Below, in pieces: positions 45,433-54,479 of a stretch of DNA of 64,000 nucleotides. How positions within the stretch are numbered: position 1 is the stretch's first letter; the number at the start of each line of letters is the position of its first letter. Position numbers and translations under genes: made by a program. The stretch is from Shigella phage ESh28, in the sequence record ON528738. The stretch is one strand, 5' to 3'. The notes beneath the pieces were generated by a model. The model saw only the letters and a list, made by a program, of their open reading frames with translations, searched no databases and was not told the DNA's origin.

Positions 45433-46401
45433 ATGAAAACTGTAACTATCAATAAGGGTATCTACTTCGGTAAAGAAATCTCTGGAACTTTTGAGCTCTT
45501 AGGCGAATGGTTCCCAGATAATGCTCCGGTAGATGCACAAGGAGATGGTAAAGTTTTTGTTGAAATTGACGGTAAGCGTCGCGGTGTTTGGGTTTACAAA
45601 TCAGACATTTCATATGATGGTGTAAAAGTTGAAGAAGTTAAAGAATCATATGAAGATATGAAAACCCGCATTAATAAAAGATTTAATGTTATGGGAATGA
45701 TGACGAATGGTATTATTAACGGAAACATTCGTTCATTAATTATCTCTGGTGCGGCGGGTATTGGTAAAACGTATTCTTTAGATAAAGCTTTAAATAAAGC
45801 AAATGATATTGGATACATTGAATATAAAAGCATTAACGGTAAAATCTCTGGTATCGGTCTTTATGAACAGCTTTGGAATAATCGTGAAGAGAATTCTGTC
45901 CTTTTGATTGATGATGTGGATGTTTTCTCTGATATGGACATTCTTAATCTTCTAAAAGCTGCTCTGGACACTGGAGAGACCCGTAAAGTCTGCTGGAGCA
46001 CTGCATCTTCTTACTTAGAAGAAAAAGGCATTGAGCGTGAGTTTGAATTTAAAGGAACGATTGTTTTTATCACAAACGTTGACATTGACCGCGAATTAGA
46101 CCGTGGTACTAAACTTGCTCCGCATTTACAAGCATTAGTGTCCCGCTCAGTTTATTTGGATTTGGGTGTTCACACTAATGAAGAAATTATGGTCAGGGTT
46201 GAAGATGTTATTCTTTCAACTGACATGATGCAAAAGCGCGGTCTTTCTGATGAAGAAACTTATAAAGCATTATCATGGATGAAAGTCAATGTTAATCGTT
46301 TACGCAATGTTTCACTGCGTACTGCACTTTATCTTGCTGACTTTATTATGACCGACAAAAATGGTTGGGAAGAAATTGCTGAGGTTACTCTTCTGAAATA
46401 A
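45433..46401 (+). CDS. P-loop ATPase (AAA-like)
   Basis: 322 aa from ATG at 45433 (MKTVTINKG...); Walker A GAAGIGKT, Walker B VLLIDDVD. Confidence 0.7.
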   Translation: MKTVTINKGIYFGKEISGTFELLGEWFPDNAPVDAQGDGKVFVEIDGKRRGVWVYKSDISYDGVKVEEVKESYEDMKTRINKRFNVMGMMTNGIINGNIRSLIISGAAGIGKTYSLDKALNKANDIGYIEYKSINGKISGIGLYEQLWNNREENSVLLIDDVDVFSDMDILNLLKAALDTGETRKVCWSTASSYLEEKGIEREFEFKGTIVFITNVDIDRELDRGTKLAPHLQALVSRSVYLDLGVHTNEEIMVRVEDVILSTDMMQKRGLSDEETYKALSWMKVNVNRLRNVSLRTALYLADFIMTDKNGWEEIAEVTLLK

Positions 46402-46499
46402 TTCATAAGAGGCCTTCTATGACAAAAAGGCAGTTCAGAAATAGATTATATGGACTGCCATCAAAAAGATGACTAGAATTAAACTGGTAAATGGAGGTA

Positions 46500-46805
46500 A
46501 TGATGTTATACTCAAAGGCTCGTGAAATTTATGAAACTAAAATTAAAGACGCGGTTCATCAGTTCGCAACGACAATGCGTTGGACAAATGACTGGGAATA
46601 CTCCAAGAATCATAAGAAGCCCTTGGTGACAAGAAAGGCTCATATATTAGTGTTAATAGACCGTGAGCAGATTAAAGCCCGAGAAGCCCTCCAGAATCAT
46701 AAAAAGGCTGCCTTTGAATGGTTTATGGATAACACTGCTCCTGAGACTAAGAAAGCAGTGAGCGCTTGGTTCAGTGGAAAAAATTGTGAAAGAAGTTTCT
46801 TTTAG
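46500..46805 (+). CDS. hypothetical protein
   Basis: About 101 aa from ATG at 46500 with SD GGAGG upstream. Confidence 0.5.
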   Translation: MMLYSKAREIYETKIKDAVHQFATTMRWTNDWEYSKNHKKPLVTRKAHILVLIDREQIKAREALQNHKKAAFEWFMDNTAPETKKAVSAWFSGKNCERSFF

Positions 46806-46840
46806 TTGTTTACAAGACCGTTCCTCTGTGGTACTATACA
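46804..46840 (+). promoter_or_regulatory. T4 early promoter module
   Basis: GTTTACA...tgGTACTATACAACTATC with inverted repeat gttcctc/gaggaac; overlaps the stop of the previous gene. Confidence 0.6.
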
Positions 46841-46865
46841 ACTATCAACTACGGAGGAACAGAAA

Positions 46866-47393
46866 ATGAATGCTAAAGATATTTTCAACTTGGTAAACTA
46901 CAATGATGGTAAATTTAAATCTGAAGCTCAAAGCAAGTTCTTTAATGATGTCTCAATCGGTGGTGAAATCACGGTTGATGGAGGACAAATTTACAAATCC
47001 CGTTGGAATTGGATCGTTATTATCGATGAGATTGGTATTGTAGAAATTTACAAGAATACGAATAAAAATCGTACATTACACTGGTCTCGTGATACTAACG
47101 AACAGTACAAAAAGGATAAAGCATCTAAATTATCTCGTGTAACTCAAGAAGATATTGAGTTCATCAAGAAAGATATTTTGATGTATGATAACTTAATTGC
47201 TGAAGAGCAAGCTGTTATTGATAAATTTGACGAGATTAAAGCTTCTCGTGAAATTCCTGATTTTATGAAAGAATCAGTAAATGAACGATACACTCTCATT
47301 TCAGAGCGTATTGAAACTTACAAAAAGCAAAGAGCTGAACGCCAAAATACTCTTCGGAAGTTTGAAGAACGGTTAAAGACGGTACTCGCATAA
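46866..47393 (+). CDS. hypothetical protein
   Basis: 175 aa from ATG at 46866 (MNAKDIFNLVNYNDG...), SD GGAGGAA. Confidence 0.6.
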   Translation: MNAKDIFNLVNYNDGKFKSEAQSKFFNDVSIGGEITVDGGQIYKSRWNWIVIIDEIGIVEIYKNTNKNRTLHWSRDTNEQYKKDKASKLSRVTQEDIEFIKKDILMYDNLIAEEQAVIDKFDEIKASREIPDFMKESVNERYTLISERIETYKKQRAERQNTLRKFEERLKTVLA

Positions 47394-47394
47394 C

Positions 47395-47419
47395 CGCTTT
47401 ATACCAAGGATGGTATAAT
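47395..47419 (+). promoter_or_regulatory. candidate T4 middle promoter (MotA-box-like plus -10)
   Basis: cGCTTTA (MotA box is TGCTTtA) 12 bp upstream of extended -10 TGgTATAAT; no GTTTAC -35. Confidence 0.35.
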
Positions 47420-47448
47420 GGTTCTAAGCCCTTTTAATTGAGATTATT

Positions 47449-47811
47449 ATGAAACAGTTGATAATTAAAAGATTGAATTTATTGATATGTTGTTTATGTA
47501 TAGTAATTGCATATGGTTATTACGCAATTAATGATTATATGCATTATAAAGATTATGATGTTACTGTAGTTAATACCATTACAGGAACACAAGGAAAGGG
47601 GTCTAGTTTATCGTTTATTGCCGTATATGAACTCAAAGACGGTTATAGATTTAGCGAATATATTTCGCCAGAGATGTATTCATCAATAGAAAAAGGTGAT
47701 AATATTACTGTAAGTTTACGTCCTTTCGACGTAAAACAGACATTGTTTGATAATATTGTTTGGTTTTTTGGAATGGTATTAGTTCAATCTGTGTGTGTGG
47801 TGCTTATATAG
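47449..47811 (+). CDS. membrane-anchored small protein
   Basis: 120 aa; N-terminal hydrophobic helix LLICCLCIVIAYGYYAI and a C-terminal hydrophobic segment. Confidence 0.6.
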   Translation: MKQLIIKRLNLLICCLCIVIAYGYYAINDYMHYKDYDVTVVNTITGTQGKGSSLSFIAVYELKDGYRFSEYISPEMYSSIEKGDNITVSLRPFDVKQTLFDNIVWFFGMVLVQSVCVVLI

Positions 47812-47865
47812 TCTGTTCCATCTTATTCTGTATATTTAGTAAAATTGAAATTGAGTGAGGAAAAT

Positions 47866-48753
47866 ATGTCAGTAGTAATTAATAATGTCAATGCAGTAAT
47901 TAAATCTTTAGTTAATAAAAAATTGAATGAATGGACTGTACTTCGTCGTGGAGAGCCAGATAAATTTTTTCATAGATTTAACCCAACTTTGGATTTGAAT
48001 GTTATTGATAAAGATGTTCATGCTGAAATTTTAGATAAATTTAAAGTTGATATTGGGTTTGGATTAGATAAACATTTACAACGAACAAACGGGTCTGGAA
48101 TGGGTTTATCTAATCGCATTATGAAAGCCCTTAATAAAATTGGAGCATTGTCTCGTATTAACGCGAGTGAAATCCTTCGCAATTATAATAAAGGATACGA
48201 CCTTTATGGTCGACTAATGCCGAAATTATCATTTGACCAAATGATAGCGGATTTGTGGGAAAATCAACGACGATTATTAGCATTAGGCGCTCGATTAGCT
48301 AAAGGTCTAGATAAACAAATGATTTTTAAGACCAATAATACAGAAGACCTTAAATGCTTTAAATTTAGTATTCGCGGAGATGATTATTACATCAGAGCTC
48401 GCTCTACAGATTATGTTAATATGGGACATCATCTCTGTTTAGCTTTTGAAGTTTTAAAAGAAGCCGGAACATTAGAATATTCGTCTGGTGCAAAATGCCC
48501 GATTGGTTCAAGTTGTATTTTAATTTATCGCCCGGATGAATCCAGTTCATCTAAATTACCTACAAAACCTGTACCAGTTCGTAGTAACGAAAAACATTCT
48601 GAACAAATTGATTATTTTAATAAGCAAATTGAAGAGCTGAATATTTCTATTCAACAGTATGACGATGAAATTTTCAGACTATCTGGATTGAGTAGTAAAG
48701 CTAAATCTGAGCGTGAAAAGTTAATTAAAATTGTTGATTTACTTAAATCTTAA
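47866..48753 (+). CDS. hypothetical protein with C-terminal coiled-coil tail (array member 1)
   Basis: 295 aa from ATG at 47866; C-terminus NKQIEELNISIQQYDDEIFRLSGLSSKAKSEREKLIKIVDLLKS. Confidence 0.6.
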   Translation: MSVVINNVNAVIKSLVNKKLNEWTVLRRGEPDKFFHRFNPTLDLNVIDKDVHAEILDKFKVDIGFGLDKHLQRTNGSGMGLSNRIMKALNKIGALSRINASEILRNYNKGYDLYGRLMPKLSFDQMIADLWENQRRLLALGARLAKGLDKQMIFKTNNTEDLKCFKFSIRGDDYYIRARSTDYVNMGHHLCLAFEVLKEAGTLEYSSGAKCPIGSSCILIYRPDESSSSKLPTKPVPVRSNEKHSEQIDYFNKQIEELNISIQQYDDEIFRLSGLSSKAKSEREKLIKIVDLLKS

Positions 48754-48761
48754 GGAACACT

Positions 48762-49790
48762 ATGAAAACTCGTTCTCAAATTGAAGATATAGTTCGTAAT
48801 GCCAGCTATACTCGTGATGTTATGACATTTTTGTGCCAAAATAATTTAGACCCTGATAAAGTTAATCGTGATATTCATCACTTTAAGTATACGAATAGCA
48901 GTGAATGGGTGCGTAATTTTAGTAAAGCAGGGTATATTACGCAAATGACTGCTCGTGAACAGCTCACCGATTTCTGTAAAACTATTGATTATAAAAATCC
49001 TTTATTTGTTCAAGGCGTTGGTCAGAGTAAGGTTGATTTATCAACAGGATTTTTTAATCCAAATCATTATCGTCTTGAATGGAGATTTATTGCTCTATTC
49101 CGTAAACAATTAAAGCAAATTTTGTCTACAGCTAGTCGATTAAAAGGTTCTAATATTAACTTAAAGAATCTGAAATTTGATGGTTATACTCTTCAAATGG
49201 AAGTAAGACCATCTAAAGAAAATAATAGAACTGCACGAATTAGCTTTAAACCTAATACAAAAAATTCTCTTTCAATTTGTGAATGTCTTAAATCACAGTT
49301 GACAGAAGCATTTAAGTATATGGATGTTGTTGCTGCTGTTCAATCTAAGATTTTACCTCGTTTTGAACGATTTAAGTTAGATACAACATCATATGAACTT
49401 GATATGATCGTTTCATTTAAATACGATTTTTTGAGAAAGGACGAAGTCCCGCAAGAGAAAAAGCAGGAAGTGCAAGATAACTTAAATTTAAATTTATCCA
49501 ATTACTTATCAAACGATCCTAAATTTTGGATGTATAGCTCAAGCAATATAGATGCATGTAAACTTAATAAAGTGAGTTTTCTTCCTACTGAAAATTCAAA
49601 TTTTAAACCTGTAGAAAAATGGCACGCTGACGCGATTGAGAAGTCTCTTAAGGCAGTAGATGATGAACTCGTTAAAGCGACCAATGAAGTGCTAGAAGCT
49701 GAAAAGGTGTTAGAACAAGCTCAGTCAAGGGTTCAAAATCTGACAAAGCAACGTTCTAAACTGAACAATGCACTAAATGCACTGAACTAG
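48762..49790 (+). CDS. hypothetical protein with C-terminal coiled-coil tail (array member 2)
   Basis: 342 aa; N-terminus MKTRSQIEDIV; C-terminus ...LEAEKVLEQAQSRVQNLTKQRSKLNNALNALN. Confidence 0.65.
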   Translation: MKTRSQIEDIVRNASYTRDVMTFLCQNNLDPDKVNRDIHHFKYTNSSEWVRNFSKAGYITQMTAREQLTDFCKTIDYKNPLFVQGVGQSKVDLSTGFFNPNHYRLEWRFIALFRKQLKQILSTASRLKGSNINLKNLKFDGYTLQMEVRPSKENNRTARISFKPNTKNSLSICECLKSQLTEAFKYMDVVAAVQSKILPRFERFKLDTTSYELDMIVSFKYDFLRKDEVPQEKKQEVQDNLNLNLSNYLSNDPKFWMYSSSNIDACKLNKVSFLPTENSNFKPVEKWHADAIEKSLKAVDDELVKATNEVLEAEKVLEQAQSRVQNLTKQRSKLNNALNALN

Positions 49791-49821
49791 TTTACTTTGC
49801 CACAAGGATGTGGTATAATGT
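49788..49821 (+). promoter_or_regulatory. sigma70-type early promoter
   Basis: -35 GTTTAC and extended -10 TGgTATAAT. Confidence 0.55.
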
Positions 49822-49847
49822 TCTTACTTTCTACTGAGGAGATTAAT

Positions 49848-50849
49848 ATGACTCGTAACGAATATATCAAATCATTCAATAGCGTTATTGATGATAAAGC
49901 TATACCGATGTTTGGTCAAAATATCGTTCTTTCTATTATCAATCAATGGCTCAATAGTGTTGATGCAAGTATTGTTTCTTCTACTAAATTTATTCATGAA
50001 ATTCGTAAAATTTCTAGCCGTGTAGATAAAGATCTTATCAAGAAAACCTTTAAAGAGTCTCGTCTTCTTTCATATTTGGTTAATCGGGATATTCTTGGTA
50101 ATTTTGGGAAAGAAATTAAACGAACCAAAGATGTAGTAGGATATAATTGGTTCGGTGATGTTAATTCTTATCATCTTAATAATAAAGAAGACCCTGAGAA
50201 TATTTTTACTCGTCGTTGGATTAGTAATTTCAGACTTTTCAAAGGACAGATTCTAAAATCAGCTTCTAAATTATGTTATGGCGATTATCGTCAAATTCAT
50301 CCTTTGGCTTCTGATATGATTATCGTAAAAGAATATGAGCTTGATGAAAATAAAGTAGCTATTTTTGTGAATTATGGATTTTTTACACCAGAAACTAACC
50401 AAAAGAACATCAATAAATTTTTCTCAATTGCTAGCACTATAACTCGTCAATTAGAGACCGCATTACTTTGTATGGAAACAGTAGAAAATATTCATACATA
50501 TCCTTTTAAGAATATATGCGGTTGGGAAGGATATAAAATTGTAGTTAGTCTTCGTGAAGTGAAATGTACTTATTCACCTACTAGTAAAGAAATTTACCAA
50601 CAAAAATGTGATGAAATTGTGAATACTCCTAAAGAAGAAACTACCCTTGAGGAACTAATGGAATGTCTTGACGATTCACCTGAACCGATAGAAATTCGTC
50701 CAGAAGTTATTGCACTAGAAAAAGCTTATAAAGAAGCTCTAGAAATTTCTAATAAAGCACAGAAAGAATATGAGAAGGCTAAAAGGATTTGGGAAGAATC
50801 TGTTAATCGCCTGGATCGTCTTGAACAAGCTTTACAGTTAATTAAGTAA
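49848..50849 (+). CDS. hypothetical protein with C-terminal coiled-coil tail (array member 3)
   Basis: 333 aa from ATG at 49848 (MTRNEYIKSF...), SD GAGGAG; C-terminus ...EYEKAKRIWEESVNRLDRLEQALQLIK. Confidence 0.6.
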   Translation: MTRNEYIKSFNSVIDDKAIPMFGQNIVLSIINQWLNSVDASIVSSTKFIHEIRKISSRVDKDLIKKTFKESRLLSYLVNRDILGNFGKEIKRTKDVVGYNWFGDVNSYHLNNKEDPENIFTRRWISNFRLFKGQILKSASKLCYGDYRQIHPLASDMIIVKEYELDENKVAIFVNYGFFTPETNQKNINKFFSIASTITRQLETALLCMETVENIHTYPFKNICGWEGYKIVVSLREVKCTYSPTSKEIYQQKCDEIVNTPKEETTLEELMECLDDSPEPIEIRPEVIALEKAYKEALEISNKAQKEYEKAKRIWEESVNRLDRLEQALQLIK

Positions 50850-50901
50850 TTTAAAGCCAAGGATGGCTCGGAGTATAAACCATTAACCAAGTGAGAAGAA
50901 T

Positions 50902-51831
50902 ATGAAAACTCGTAAACATTATATTGATTATTTTGACAGTCTTATTACTAAACACCGTAATTATCAGATCGGGCACAGAGCAGTAATCAATAATATTCTT
51001 CGTGATTTCCTTCAATATGTTGGCCAGGAAAATCATATCTGTAAAGATACTCAAAACGCTTATTCTCATTCGTTAGGCAATTTGCTTCAATGGTTTAAAC
51101 GTTCTCGTCTGTTATCTTCTACTGTAGCTAGTGATAACATTAAAAACTTTATGAAGCCGAGCTTCATTAAATCTGAGACATCTATAACCGATTTGGTTGA
51201 ATTTACTATTGTTAACGATGTTAAAAAGACCCATTTGGCTGATTGGTTATCTACCATTCCCGAAACTAAATTTGCTGATAAATTCGCTTGTCAATTCAAT
51301 GACCAAGTGAATATGCTTTTTAAGCATGCTCGTAAACTATTTACCGCGGGCGATGACCGTACAAATACAGTTCATGTTAAGGATTGGGTTATTGCTGATG
51401 AAGTAACACACAAGCCAGGTGGTTCATCAGTATTAATTAATATCCAGGTTCCTTATTATTACTCACGTAATCTCGGCACCATGACAGCTAGAGAAATTAA
51501 TAAGCACAACAAAACTATTCGTTCGTTGTCTTATAAACTCTGCACGATGGTGGAGATGATGGACGTAGTGGAAATGTATGATGAAACCGAAGATAATGGT
51601 TCAATGTTATACAGTTCACGCATTCTAATTAAACTGAAGAACCCTAATACATATAAGACAGTTGTAAAAGAGCCTAAAGTAGAAAAGGTTGATAATCTGA
51701 GTGAAGAACGTGAATATCTCAATGCCCGTTTGACTGAAGTTGAAAAACAAATTGCAGAACACACCAAATTGTTAAAATCTCTTAATGCAAAAGCAAATGG
51801 TTTACGTAATGCTATTGAGGTATTGAAATGA
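50902..51831 (+). CDS. hypothetical protein with C-terminal coiled-coil tail (array member 4)
   Basis: 309 aa; N-terminus MKTRKHYIDYF; C-terminus ...[42 protein letters not shown]. Confidence 0.65.
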   Translation: MKTRKHYIDYFDSLITKHRNYQIGHRAVINNILRDFLQYVGQENHICKDTQNAYSHSLGNLLQWFKRSRLLSSTVASDNIKNFMKPSFIKSETSITDLVEFTIVNDVKKTHLADWLSTIPETKFADKFACQFNDQVNMLFKHARKLFTAGDDRTNTVHVKDWVIADEVTHKPGGSSVLINIQVPYYYSRNLGTMTAREINKHNKTIRSLSYKLCTMVEMMDVVEMYDETEDNGSMLYSSRILIKLKNPNTYKTVVKEPKVEKVDNLSEEREYLNARLTEVEKQIAEHTKLLKSLNAKANGLRNAIEVLK

Positions 51832-52145
51832 AAAAGCGTCTATTAGAAGACATTGCAGCTTCAAGTAATTCCAGTTTAATTAAAATTATTATGGCCGGTG
51901 AAGAAGACGATATGGAAATGCGTGGAAAGATTCACGGCTGCGACGATCTAGACTTTAAACCTCCTGCTTGGGATGCTATTATGGCTATGGTTGAACGTCG
52001 CGAAAGGGCTTCTAAAAACGTTCCTAATTGTCCTGAATGCGGTACTGAACAGGTTCAATTGGTCCATTGGCAGACTAGTAATCTTCGTTATAAATGCCGT
52101 CATTGCAAACACCGATTTAACCGAGAAGAAAATGACAAAGCGTAA
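51828..52145 (+). CDS. zinc-ribbon protein
   Basis: 105 aa; CPECGTEQ...KCRHCKH (CxxC-x19-CxxC). Confidence 0.6.
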   Translation: MKKRLLEDIAASSNSSLIKIIMAGEEDDMEMRGKIHGCDDLDFKPPAWDAIMAMVERRERASKNVPNCPECGTEQVQLVHWQTSNLRYKCRHCKHRFNREENDKA

Positions 52146-52374
52146 AGAATATATGGAGGCTGCTGAAAAGGCAGTCCGTGAATTAGCAATATCTTATTAT
52201 AATGAACATGGCAAATTTCCTGATAGATACAGTGTGCTTAAATCTGCTTTAACTCGTTCATACAAAAATATGCTATCAGAAGTAAGTGATATTATATACA
52301 AACATAAAGAACAAACGGGCCAAAGTCTTGATTACGACGAGACTTTTAAACAAGTACTAGGAATTAAGGAATAA
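52132..52374 (+). CDS. hypothetical protein
   Basis: About 80 aa from ATG at 52132 ([15 protein letters not shown]...); the long ORF-track version overlaps the previous gene and is unlikely. Confidence 0.45.
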   Translation: MTKRKEYMEAAEKAVRELAISYYNEHGKFPDRYSVLKSALTRSYKNMLSEVSDIIYKHKEQTGQSLDYDETFKQVLGIKE

Positions 52375-52375
52375 T

Positions 52376-52639
52376 ATGTTTAAAGTATATGGTTATGATA
52401 GCAACATCCACAAATGCGTATATTGCGATAATGCAAAACGTCTCTTGACTGTGAAGAAACAGCCATTTGAATTTATCAATATTATGCCGGAAAAAGGTGT
52501 TTTTGATGATGAGAAAATCGCTGAGCTTCTGACTAAACTAGGTCGTGATACTCAAATCGGCTTGACGATGCCTCAAGTATTTGCTCCTGATGGAAGTCAT
52601 ATTGGTGGATTTGACCAATTGCGGGAATACTTTAAATGA
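52376..52639 (+). CDS. nrdC: glutaredoxin (thioredoxin) NrdC
   Basis: 87 aa, MFKVYGYDSNIHKCVYCDNAKRLL...; CVYC active site; matches T4 NrdC as remembered. Confidence 0.93.
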   Translation: MFKVYGYDSNIHKCVYCDNAKRLLTVKKQPFEFINIMPEKGVFDDEKIAELLTKLGRDTQIGLTMPQVFAPDGSHIGGFDQLREYFK

Positions 52640-52851
52640 TTCTCGAAGGAACTGATTATATCCATGATTACCGCGGAAGCGCGGTATATGTAGGTGATGA
52701 AGTTGCAGTTTATTATGGGTATGGAACTTTGATGACAGCTAAGGTTATTCAAATTAAAAATAATCGTGCTAAACTCGAAGTTTATTATTCTAATGGTGAA
52801 AAGTCTATTTCTAAGTGGAAATATGGCGATTGCATGGTCAAACTGGGGTAA
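52636..52851 (+). CDS. hypothetical protein
   Basis: 71-aa ORF with ATGA overlap to nrdC. Confidence 0.55.
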   Translation: MILEGTDYIHDYRGSAVYVGDEVAVYYGYGTLMTAKVIQIKNNRAKLEVYYSNGEKSISKWKYGDCMVKLG

Positions 52852-52853
52852 AT

Positions 52854-53024
52854 ATGATTTACGATATTAATGCAGCAAGAGCTCCGTCAATGGTTACTAT
52901 TCCAGTTGAAGAATTAGATCGTCTTCATAAAATTGAAGAACTTCTTTGGGAAATTGAATCTGATTTGCCATCAGGATTAGAATCCTGGATTGATTATGAA
53001 GACCTTAATAAATTGCGAAATTAA
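52854..53024 (+). CDS. hypothetical protein
   Basis: 56 aa from ATG at 52854 (MIYDINAARAPS...). Confidence 0.45.
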   Translation: MIYDINAARAPSMVTIPVEELDRLHKIEELLWEIESDLPSGLESWIDYEDLNKLRN

Positions 53025-53034
53025 GTGGTGACAA

Positions 53035-53355
53035 ATGACTATTGAAAATAAATTAGATGTTGATGCAGTTCTGAGTGAAATCATTGAAGACCATGATGCA
53101 TTTTCAGAAAACTATGATTTCGATTTTTCCGATTATCTCAAACCTGTCGAAATAGAAGACTGGGTACAAGACGGCAAATGTCAATATCGTCAGTGTGTTT
53201 ATTTTAGTCCAAAACATAACGTTCATGTGGCTGTAAATGAAACTCGCTCAGGTTCTTACCATTCTGACTGGTATTATGCAGTTCCTACTGTTGAACTGGT
53301 TGAGCTTCGAGAACGTGTAGTAACTCAGACAGTACGAGAATGGATTACGCTATAA
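53035..53355 (+). CDS. hypothetical protein
   Basis: 106-aa acidic ORF. Confidence 0.55.
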   Translation: MTIENKLDVDAVLSEIIEDHDAFSENYDFDFSDYLKPVEIEDWVQDGKCQYRQCVYFSPKHNVHVAVNETRSGSYHSDWYYAVPTVELVELRERVVTQTVREWITL

Positions 53356-53478
53356 AACCTTGGTGGGCGGCTAGATGGGAAATTGTAGAGCCAGAGCCGG
53401 AAGAACCGGTTTACACTGATGAAGAAACAGTATATAATGAACCAACGATAAATGACTTAATTGATATGGAGATGGGAC

Positions 53479-53964
53479 ATGATTACAGTAGATAAGTGGT
53501 TTAGAATTAATCGTGCTGATAAAGAGCTATGTAATTACTGGCCGGAACTTAGTGCAGGTACTGTCTTTAAAGTTCGTGAACTTGCAAAAGAATGCGAAGA
53601 TGATATAGAACCTGATACTGGAATTATTGAAATTGAACTTTCTGGTGGAAAGATTATTAACATCTACGATAAGCCAACTGCGTATTGGTGCTTGTGGAAT
53701 ACTGAATCAGTAGAAAATGGTGAAATCGAGGAAGTTGTAGAGAGAACTAATCAAGTTGTTCAGAAGCCTAAAGCCGATTTTCAAGGTGAACGTATTCCAT
53801 ACGCATTAGCTAAATTAGCTGCGCAAGAAAATAACGATGGCTATGAAGGTAACCTGATGCAAGCTGCCGCAGAATACATTGAATGGCTTGAAAATCAAAT
53901 TTCTTTTTCTGACCAAAAGATTCGGCAATATAAGCGATTGAATCAAATGTTTTACAATACTTGA
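53479..53964 (+). CDS. pin: Pin, inhibitor of host Lon protease
   Basis: 161 aa from MITVDKWFRIN...; position between nrdC and gene 49 as in T4. Confidence 0.7.
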   Translation: MITVDKWFRINRADKELCNYWPELSAGTVFKVRELAKECEDDIEPDTGIIEIELSGGKIINIYDKPTAYWCLWNTESVENGEIEEVVERTNQVVQKPKADFQGERIPYALAKLAAQENNDGYEGNLMQAAAEYIEWLENQISFSDQKIRQYKRLNQMFYNT

Positions 53965-53975
53965 AAATAATAAAT

Positions 53976-54005
53976 ACCCTTATCTATTTAAGGTAAGGGT
54001 TTATT
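53976..54005 (+). other. stem-loop immediately upstream of the gene 49 start
   Basis: Inverted repeat accctta...taagggt followed by a T-rich run directly before the gene 49 ATG; possible terminator or translational control hairpin. Confidence 0.45.
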
Positions 54006-54479
54006 ATGTTATTGACTGGCAAATTATATAAAGAAGAAAAACAGAAATTTTATGATGCACAAAACGGTAAATGCTTAATTTGCCAACGAGAACTAAATCC
54101 TGATGTTCAAGCTAATCACCTCGACCATGACCATGAATTAAATGGACCAAAAGCAGGAAAGGTACGTGGATTGCTTTGTAATCTCTGCAATGCCGCAGAA
54201 GGTCAAATGAAACATAAATTTAATCGTTCTGGCTTAAAGGGGCAAGGTGTTGATTATCTTGAATGGTTAGAAAATTTACTTACTTATTTAAAATCCGATT
54301 ACACCCAAAATAATATTCACCCTAACTTTGTTGGAGATAAATCAAAGGAATTTTCTCGTTTAGGAAAAGAGGAAATGATGGCCGAGATGCTTCAAAGAGG
54401 ATTTGAATATAATGAATCTGACACCAAAACACAATTAATAGCTTCATTTAAGAAGCAGCTTAGAAAGAGTTTAAAATGA
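54006..54479 (+). CDS. 49: endonuclease VII (Holliday junction resolvase)
   Basis: 157 aa, MLLTGKLYKEEKQKFYDAQNGKCLICQRELNPDVQANHLDHDHELNGP...; matches T4 gp49 as remembered. Confidence 0.95.
   Translation: MLLTGKLYKEEKQKFYDAQNGKCLICQRELNPDVQANHLDHDHELNGPKAGKVRGLLCNLCNAAEGQMKHKFNRSGLKGQGVDYLEWLENLLTYLKSDYTQNNIHPNFVGDKSKEFSRLGKEEMMAEMLQRGFEYNESDTKTQLIASFKKQLRKSLK

Noticed and set aside
51973-52374. 133-aa version of the ORF preceding nrdC
   Set aside because: Its first half overlaps most of the zinc-ribbon gene in another frame and translates as a low-complexity hydrophobic string; only the portion from about 52132 is plausible.
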